Assembly (NCBI GenBank): GCA_904420535.1
Contig: CAJFVQ010000019.1
Coordinates: forward strand, 18,989-82,988
Source: Candidatus Cryptoclostridium obscurum
Lineage (GTDB): Bacteria > Bacillota > Dehalobacteriia > UBA7702
Length of the DNA: 64,000 nucleotides
Direction: 5' to 3'
Under the pieces are notes generated by a model that saw nothing but the letters and a program-made list of their open reading frames with translations, was not told the origin of the DNA and made no database searches. Made by a program: the position numbers and the translations under genes. Of this stretch, positions 57,894 through 64,000 are shown in pieces. The stretch's first letter is position 1, and every line of letters begins with the position of its first letter.

Positions 57894-58172
57894 TTATTTC
57901 TCTTCTGTCATCAAGTTCGTTTGGTTTGACAAAACAGGAATATTCGCCACAATGGCTACTTGTTCCCCGTCCTTGCGCAGAGTAACATCCATAGCGGTAG
58001 TATCGATGGCCATATGGCGACCGATCACTGTAATGAGGTCGTTTTTCAGAGTTTCCAAAGATTCGCTTCTGGTGTCGATGCGATCTTGCACTAATACCAA
58101 TCGCAATCGTTCCTTGGCCACGGCTTTGCTCTTATGATCTTTATCAAACCATTTTCTCAAAAAATCCAGCAT
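57894..58172 (-). CDS. minE: Cell division topological specificity factor MinE
   Basis: N-terminus MLDFLRKWF...RLRLVLVQDR. 92 aa. Confidence 0.85.
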   Translation of the reverse strand: MLDFLRKWFDKDHKSKAVAKERLRLVLVQDRIDTRSESLETLKNDLITVIGRHMAIDTTAMDVTLRKDGEQVAIVANIPVLSNQTNLMTEEK

Positions 58173-58184
58173 AACATCGGCCCC

Positions 58185-58976
58185 CTATTTTACAAAAACA
58201 GAGCGAAGTTTCTGCCAGAAACTCACATGAAATTCGCGATTCATGAAGGGAACATTTTCCCCATTGAAGCGGCGTGCAATATTGCGAAAGCATTTTCCCG
58301 CGATGGAAAAATCATTTTTCGCAACAGGTTCACCGCGATTCGTAGAAATGACGATCTCTTCATCGTCAGCAACAATACCTACCAGCTCTACAGATAAAAT
58401 CTCCAAAATATCGCCGATGTCCATCATTTCCCCTTTTCGCACCATATCAGGGCGAATGCGGTTAATGATCACTTTGGGATCCTTCAGTCCTGCAGCTTCC
58501 AGCAAACCAATGATACGGTCTGCATCTCGTACGGCGCTGACCTCCGGTGTCGTAACAACGACGGCACGATCCGCACCGGCAATGGCATTTTTAAAACCTT
58601 GTTCGATTCCGGCAGGACAATCAATCAATACATAATCATACTCTTCCCGCAGTTTTGACGTGATTTTCGTCATATCCGCCTGGGTTATGGCAGTCTTGTC
58701 CCTGGTTTGGGCAGCGGGAAGCAAAAAAAGTGTATCCAACTTCTTGTCCTTAATCAGTGCTTGTTTTAAACGACAACGCTTTTCCGCCACATCCACTAAA
58801 TCATAAACAATCCGATTTTCCAATCCCATGACGACGTCAAGGTTTCTTAAACCAATATCCGTATCGAGAAGAACCACTTTCTTTCCCATTTGCGCCAATG
58901 CTGTACCAATGTTCGCAGTGGCGGTCGTTTTACCTACGCCTCCCTTGCCAGAGGTAATTACAATTACTTCACCCAT
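58185..58976 (-). CDS. minD: Septum site-determining ATPase MinD
   Basis: N-terminus MGEVIVITSGKGGVGKTT. ATG with a GGAGG RBS. The ORF-track start at 59009 is a TTG extension. Confidence 0.9.
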   Translation of the reverse strand: MGEVIVITSGKGGVGKTTATANIGTALAQMGKKVVLLDTDIGLRNLDVVMGLENRIVYDLVDVAEKRCRLKQALIKDKKLDTLFLLPAAQTRDKTAITQADMTKITSKLREEYDYVLIDCPAGIEQGFKNAIAGADRAVVVTTPEVSAVRDADRIIGLLEAAGLKDPKVIINRIRPDMVRKGEMMDIGDILEILSVELVGIVADDEEIVISTNRGEPVAKNDFSIAGKCFRNIARRFNGENVPFMNREFHVSFWQKLRSVFVK

Positions 58977-58989
58977 TTTTACTGACCTC

Positions 58990-59358
58990 CTATGCCAAAA
59001 ATTCTTCAATTACCACTTTGCCATCGGCAAGTCTGGCAATTTCCGGTTTGTGGCCGGCATGTTCATAATACCCTTGGGGAGGACAGGTGATATGGCCCGC
59101 AATACGCAGTTGTGTTGGCAAAAGTGACAGGGCAAGAACCGAAGCGGATTCCATTCCACAAGCGCCGCCATGAACCATGCCGCGGAGTGCGCCAAATACA
59201 AGGACATGGCCGGAAGCTACGATTTCCGCACCGGCATTGACATCCCCTCGCACAACAACGTTACCGTCAAATGTGACACATTGTCCAGAACGCAAAGGTC
59301 CTTCAATCAAGATGGTATCACCATCAGAGAATAGTTGTTTCATAATAGGATTCGCCAT
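58990..59358 (-). CDS. minC: MinC, C-terminal (MinD-binding beta-helix) domain only
   Basis: 122 aa. GDVNAGAEIVASGHVLVFGALRG matches the MinC C-domain. There is no N-terminal FtsZ-inhibitory domain. A 78-nt intergenic gap with its own RBS and a TATAAT box lies upstream. Confidence 0.75.
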   Translation of the reverse strand: MANPIMKQLFSDGDTILIEGPLRSGQCVTFDGNVVVRGDVNAGAEIVASGHVLVFGALRGMVHGGACGMESASVLALSLLPTQLRIAGHITCPPQGYYEHAGHKPEIARLADGKVVIEEFLA

Positions 59359-59436
59359 AATATCATCCTTTCCAAAGGATTGTGTTGCAACACTTGATAT
59401 TATAGCTTATGAAAATTGCTGCGCCAACGTTTTTTT

Positions 59437-61560
59437 TCACTCACCGCTCGACACAATAATGCTGGTATCGACGTCATATCCGAAATAGGCATTGAGCGTA
59501 TCTTCACAAACATAACCTGCCGAGGTGGAGCCGTGGCGCCCATATTCAATCAGGCAGGCAAAGGCGACTTCAGGGTCGTCAGCAGGGGCAAAGGCGATAA
59601 AAACGCCATGGAAGTCAGAATTGGGATCGTCGGAAGCAAGCCCTGTTTGGGCAGTACCGGTTTTCCCTGCAGGGCGAAGTTCATCGGGTAATACGTCGAA
59701 AAGATTTACGGCAGTACCACCTTCGTTGGTAACAGTTTTCATCGCCTGAATTAACAAATCGGCGGTTTCATCAGTAAACTCCATATCGATAACTTCCGTT
59801 GGTTCCGTCGATTTTAAAACCGTACTACTGTCGTCGGTAATTTCTTGAACAATATAAGGTTTCATGCGTACACCGCGGTTGGCAATGGTGGCAGTATAGC
59901 AAGCCAACTGCAAAACAGTGTCTTCTGTTGCCCCCTGGCCAATGGAAGTATAGTAAGTATCATAAGTATGCCATTCTTTTTCCCAACCACTTCTATTCTC
60001 AGCTTTCCATTCGGGAGTCGGTAAAAGTCCCGAGACTTCACCGGGAAGATCAATATTGGTTTTTTGCCCGAATCCGTAATCCATGCCGGCTTGCAACATC
60101 GCATCTTCTCCAACTCTTTCTGCCATGAGCTGATAATAAATATTACAACTACCGGCAGTAGCACCCATGAGATCGACATATCCGTGACCGCCGGTTTGCC
60201 AACACTGCGCCAAAGAATCGGAAGAATTCAACCAGACACTGGGACTACAAAGAACCGTTTCATTAGGAGAAATACCTTCTCGCAACAAGGCAGTCGCCGT
60301 TACCAATTTAAACGTGGAACCAGAGGCATATTTACTGGAGATTGCACGATTAATCTGTGGTTTTAAGTCATCGCTGAAATAATAATCCACTTCCTCCTGG
60401 GTCAAACCACGGGAAAAATCATTGGGATCGACTGAAGGCGCACTGGCCATAGCAATGACACCGCCTGTTTTAATATCGAGCAAAACAGCGCTACCTCCCA
60501 CCGATTTATCGGGTTTGGAAGCCTTTACGCTGGAAACAATATTTCTTAAAGAATCTTCCATATGTTCCTGGGTATTTAAATCAATGGTAGTAACAAGGGA
60601 ATTCCCAGCAGTGGGAGGTTCTTCGGAAATGGTACGAACAATATTGCCGTTGGCATCTACCTCAACAGTACGACTGCCATTTTGCCCCCTGAGGCCGATT
60701 TCTTTTCCGTCCTCAGTATAGTGTTCATAATACTCTTCCAGACCGCTTTTTCCCACTATGGCGTTTAAATCATAACCATAAAGCTCGCCTTCTTCATCGT
60801 ATTGCGATTGGGTGATCGTTCCGACACTGCCCAAAACATGCCCCAAATAATAACCGTTAGGGTAAGAACGCATGGCTTGTTCAGCAACATAAACGCCGGG
60901 ATAAAGATCTCGATTTTCCGCAATGATCTGAGCTACTTTTACACCGACATCATAGGTATAAGTCCGCACAGTAACGGGAAGAAAGTTATTAACATTGGAA
61001 GAGAGCATCTCTTTCAACTCATCCACGGTAACTTTATCGTTTTCTGTAAGGCTTCCATCAGCGCTTTCTTCTTCATCGTCTGTGGAATCCGATTGAGAAT
61101 CCTCAGTCTCTCCCTCTTCCTCGTCGTTGGCTTGGGCGAGTTTTTGCGCATTGGATTCAATTTCTTCACTCAAACTACTGACAGCTGTCGCCGCCCGCGC
61201 TTCTTCCTCTGCCGTATAGATATCCTCGCGATTGAACAGTTCCGCCAAGGCTTCGGCAAGGGCCTCACGATCCTCCACCTCGTCCATATAAACGTTAACA
61301 CTCATATACGGTTCAGAACTGGCGAGTACATTACCGTTTCGATCGTAAATGACACCACGACGCGCCTCCAATTCAACCGTACGGGTAATATTATTCTCCG
61401 CCCGTTCCGAATAGGCTTCCCCCTGAATAATTTGCATATAAAAGAGCCGCCCAATTAAAACAGCAAACACAACAAACACTAGTATATAAATGATAAATAG
61501 TCGTTTATTAATCACTTGCTGCGGCTCTTTTTCCGGGCTATTATTTTTTGGATCGCTCAT
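59437..61560 (-). CDS. mrdA: Penicillin-binding protein 2 (elongasome transpeptidase)
   Basis: 707 aa. N-terminal TM segment, a PBP dimerisation domain and a transpeptidase domain with SxxK (STFK), SxN and KTG motifs. An acidic insert of about 45 aa is present. Confidence 0.85.
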   Translation of the reverse strand: MSDPKNNSPEKEPQQVINKRLFIIYILVFVVFAVLIGRLFYMQIIQGEAYSERAENNITRTVELEARRGVIYDRNGNVLASSEPYMSVNVYMDEVEDREALAEALAELFNREDIYTAEEEARAATAVSSLSEEIESNAQKLAQANDEEEGETEDSQSDSTDDEEESADGSLTENDKVTVDELKEMLSSNVNNFLPVTVRTYTYDVGVKVAQIIAENRDLYPGVYVAEQAMRSYPNGYYLGHVLGSVGTITQSQYDEEGELYGYDLNAIVGKSGLEEYYEHYTEDGKEIGLRGQNGSRTVEVDANGNIVRTISEEPPTAGNSLVTTIDLNTQEHMEDSLRNIVSSVKASKPDKSVGGSAVLLDIKTGGVIAMASAPSVDPNDFSRGLTQEEVDYYFSDDLKPQINRAISSKYASGSTFKLVTATALLREGISPNETVLCSPSVWLNSSDSLAQCWQTGGHGYVDLMGATAGSCNIYYQLMAERVGEDAMLQAGMDYGFGQKTNIDLPGEVSGLLPTPEWKAENRSGWEKEWHTYDTYYTSIGQGATEDTVLQLACYTATIANRGVRMKPYIVQEITDDSSTVLKSTEPTEVIDMEFTDETADLLIQAMKTVTNEGGTAVNLFDVLPDELRPAGKTGTAQTGLASDDPNSDFHGVFIAFAPADDPEVAFACLIEYGRHGSTSAGYVCEDTLNAYFGYDVDTSIIVSSGE

Positions 61561-62350
61561 AGCTCTTGCTCCTTGGTTTTTTCATTTGATCACGTTTATT
61601 CACTATATTTTTCTTTTTCCGGCGTTTTGTACCGGTGTTTTTCTCTCTTTGGGAACGTTGAGAAGAAATTTTTTCATTTCCGCGATTTTGCCTTGGATCG
61701 TTATGACGATTCTGTTTTTTCAATTTTTCAATACGTTCCCGTTTTTTTCGGTTGGACTTTTTACGCTTTATTACCGATTGATCAACGGGTGTGTTATTCG
61801 ATGTGAGAATAATACCGCCACCGGTCAAATCCACATAGGCAATTTTGGTACCGCGAAAACGTCGGTATAAATAAATAAAAGGCATTGCCAACAGCATTAA
61901 CACCGCATTATAAAAGGCAGTCGGAACAATAATCCCACCAATACTGGAAAGCCAAGGAAGCCCCACCCCGATCAAATTAAGACAAATCAAATAAAGAAAA
62001 CCGGAAAATAACGTCCCTGCGCATACCGAAAAGAAGTGGCCGGGATAAAAATTCAACTTAATCCTTTTGGCCAAAAATCCAAAAAGCATCCCCGTGCAAC
62101 CAAAAACGACAATATTGACGCCAAAATAGCCGCCGATAAAAAGATCTACCCAAAACCCCATCACTGCCCCGGCCAATCCGCCGTTTTTCCAGCCTGTTTT
62201 GATGGCCGCAATCACCGTAAAAATTAAGATCAAATCGGGTTTTGTATGAAAAATTTCAATAAACGAAAAGAATTCTGCTTGAAGAAAAATTCCGCATAAA
62301 CCCAACAAAGAATAGAAGAGATACGGAACGATATAGAGCATCATTCTCAC
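61541..62350 (-). CDS. mreD: Rod shape-determining protein MreD with a C-terminal basic tail of about 100 aa
   Basis: The N-terminal ~165 aa form a polytopic MreD-like domain. The C-terminus is K/R-rich low complexity. It overlaps the mrdA start by 20 nt. Confidence 0.7.
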   Translation of the reverse strand: MRMMLYIVPYLFYSLLGLCGIFLQAEFFSFIEIFHTKPDLILIFTVIAAIKTGWKNGGLAGAVMGFWVDLFIGGYFGVNIVVFGCTGMLFGFLAKRIKLNFYPGHFFSVCAGTLFSGFLYLICLNLIGVGLPWLSSIGGIIVPTAFYNAVLMLLAMPFIYLYRRFRGTKIAYVDLTGGGIILTSNNTPVDQSVIKRKKSNRKKRERIEKLKKQNRHNDPRQNRGNEKISSQRSQREKNTGTKRRKKKNIVNKRDQMKKPRSKSYERSKK

Positions 62351-63384
62351 TCATCCCCCCCACTGTCTCCATTGGATGAATCTGTCGTTTCATCAGAGTT
62401 ATCCGTGTTATCCGTCTGTGTATCGGATGAATCTCCCGTATTGTCAGTCGTGTCACTACCGGAGGAAGTATCTTCGCTGTTGCTATCGGAAGCTCCGCCC
62501 TGTTCACTGTCGGAAGAATCTGCACTGTTTTCATTAGTCTCGACGGGGATCATTACCAATACTGTATCAATGCTGTTAAAATCACAAAAAGGCTCAACTA
62601 CCGCCTGACGGCTGAGGCCATCGACAGAATCGCCTACCTTAACCACGGTACCCACTAAAAGACCGGCCGGAAAAACACCGCCTTCTCCCGAAGTCACAAT
62701 CACATCATTGAGCTGAATATTGGCATCAAAAGGAAGATTCGACATAGTAAGGAGTCCCTTACCTCCGCCGATGCCTTCTAAAACTCCAGGGATTTGGCTT
62801 TCTTGCAACATACCGCCAAGGGATCCCATAGCATCAATGATCAACAGCACCTCCGAAGTGTTCTCCGTCACATTGACAGTTCTTCCCACCAGTCCGTCTT
62901 CATTGACAACAGCCATATTTTCCTCAATGCCGTCTGCGGATCCTTTATTAATCAAGAGACGCTCATACCAATTATCAATTTCCCGTCCAGAAACGGAAGC
63001 GGCTACCATATTCCAACTCCCGGCATTGGATTCCTTGAGATCCAGCAGTTCTCGCAATCGCTCATTTTCCGCAGAAACATCCTGGGCAATAGAGGATTGA
63101 GCCTTCAATTCCGCCAATTCATTGTTGGCATCTTCCAACGCTTGCTCCAATTGATTTTTTGTGCTGAAATCAAAGAAGTTACCAAAAAAATTTCCCACAG
63201 CCGTCAACGGCGATACGGCGGAACGAGCAGCCCCCTCTGCAGAAGATAATTCGTCTTGGGGACCACATGCCTTTGCCACTAGTAATAACGCCACTGCCAG
63301 AATAATAATTACTATGAACTTCCATTTACGCAGAATTTTCATTGGTTTCGACATAATTCTATGATACCTCTGTTTTATCAACAA
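62347..63384 (-). CDS. mreC: Rod shape-determining protein MreC with an acidic Ser/Thr/Asp-rich C-terminal tail
   Basis: N-terminal TM segment, coiled coil and MreC beta-domains. The C-terminal ~65 aa are D/S/T/E-rich. Confidence 0.8.
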   Translation of the reverse strand: MLIKQRYHRIMSKPMKILRKWKFIVIIILAVALLLVAKACGPQDELSSAEGAARSAVSPLTAVGNFFGNFFDFSTKNQLEQALEDANNELAELKAQSSIAQDVSAENERLRELLDLKESNAGSWNMVAASVSGREIDNWYERLLINKGSADGIEENMAVVNEDGLVGRTVNVTENTSEVLLIIDAMGSLGGMLQESQIPGVLEGIGGGKGLLTMSNLPFDANIQLNDVIVTSGEGGVFPAGLLVGTVVKVGDSVDGLSRQAVVEPFCDFNSIDTVLVMIPVETNENSADSSDSEQGGASDSNSEDTSSGSDTTDNTGDSSDTQTDNTDNSDETTDSSNGDSGGDE

Positions 63385-63401
63385 TGGGTGAAGAATCCGT
63401 G

Positions 63402-63989
63402 TTATAACACCCGAATTTCGATTTCTTTTAACAACTGATATAATTTATTTAGCGGAAGGCCTACCACATTGTAAAAGTCTCCCTCAATGCGACGGATAAA
63501 AAGTCCCCCTAGGCCCTGAATCCCATATGCGCCGGCCTTATCCATGGGTTCACCGGTCTCCACATAAGCGCGGATTTCTTCTTTCGATAGCATTTGAAAA
63601 TAAACCAATGTCTGCTCCGTAGCGCTGATAGAGCGTCCGGAAATTTGATCCACAATTCCCACGCTTGTAATTACCACATGCTCTCTACCGCTTAAATTCC
63701 TCAGCATTTCCTCGGCCTGATCCATTGTCTTCGGTTTTCCGAGGATCTGTTCGTCCATCACGACCACAGTATCGGCGGAGATCACTGTTGCATCCGTATA
63801 GTTTTTGGCCACGGCAAGGGCTTTTTGCATTGCTGTACGTAGCGTATAGGTAGCGGCATCTTCATGGTCATTTTGTTTCTCGTCAATGGAAGCGGGAACA
63901 ATGTCGAACTCCAGTCCCAAACGTTGTAAAAGTTCTTTACGACGAGGTGAAGCCGAGGCCAATATGATGTTGCGTTTCGCTGTTTTCAT
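63402..63989 (-). CDS. maf: Maf-family nucleoside triphosphate pyrophosphatase (septum formation protein)
   Basis: N-terminus ILASASPRRKELL. 195 aa. Conserved position upstream of the mre genes. Confidence 0.85.
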   Translation of the reverse strand: MKTAKRNIILASASPRRKELLQRLGLEFDIVPASIDEKQNDHEDAATYTLRTAMQKALAVAKNYTDATVISADTVVVMDEQILGKPKTMDQAEEMLRNLSGREHVVITSVGIVDQISGRSISATEQTLVYFQMLSKEEIRAYVETGEPMDKAGAYGIQGLGGLFIRRIEGDFYNVVGLPLNKLYQLLKEIEIRVL

Positions 63990-64000
63990 AAAATCACTCA

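Noticed and set aside
1-64000. Search for tRNA/rRNA genes, CRISPR arrays, IS elements or integrases
   Set aside because: I saw no T-loop GTTCGAATC-type motifs, no rRNA-like conserved blocks, no arrays of regularly spaced repeats, and no transposase or integrase-like ORFs on either strand. I could not run tRNAscan, Rfam or ISfinder, so small RNAs cannot be excluded.

Overview
This 64-kb window is from a low-GC Gram-positive-type (Firmicutes) anaerobe that forms endospores. Support for that: genes for GerM-like, YlbJ and Gpr proteins, an alpha/beta-type SASP, and an SLH-domain envelope protein. The SLH protein and gene order fit a Negativicutes (Sporomusa-like) or Clostridia genome; that placement is an inference. 

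Layout:
(1) 1-216: 3' end of lepB.
(2) 330-17919: one long plus-strand operon behind a cobalamin riboswitch. It encodes the anaerobic cobalamin pathway (cbiP, cbiB, cbiC, cbiD, cbiET, cbiG, cbiH, cbiJ, cbiA, cbiL, cbiF) with the early tetrapyrrole genes interleaved (hemA, sirC-like, hemC, cobA-hemD fusion, hemB, hemL).
(3) 18028-20947, minus strand: EcsC-like protein, GerMN lipoprotein, hisC-like aminotransferase.
(4) 21331-26078, plus strand: a corrinoid-dependent methyltransferase module. It contains a COG0523 (CobW-like) GTPase, an MtaB-type methanol:corrinoid methyltransferase, a PocR-domain AraC regulator and an MtaC-type corrinoid protein. This is the most interesting region.
(5) 26131-39032, minus strand: mtaD-mtnA-mtnP (MTA salvage) apparently co-transcribed with ftsY-smc, then radical SAM, rnc, acpP, plsX, rpmF, yceD, ackA.
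(6) 39240-46100: ylbJ, a coiled-coil protein, rsmD, gpr, an SLH protein, a three-gene phage remnant (sigma-like, TerS, Zn-ribbon), a SASP gene and a possible unannotated small ORF.
(7) 46209-63989, minus strand: ltaE, recG, yloV, asp23, rng, a DUF2344 + B12-binding radical SAM pair (TIGR03936/TIGR03960), an M23 peptidase, rodA, minE, minD, a truncated minC, mrdA, mreD, mreC, maf.

No rRNA, tRNA, CRISPR array or intact mobile element was found.
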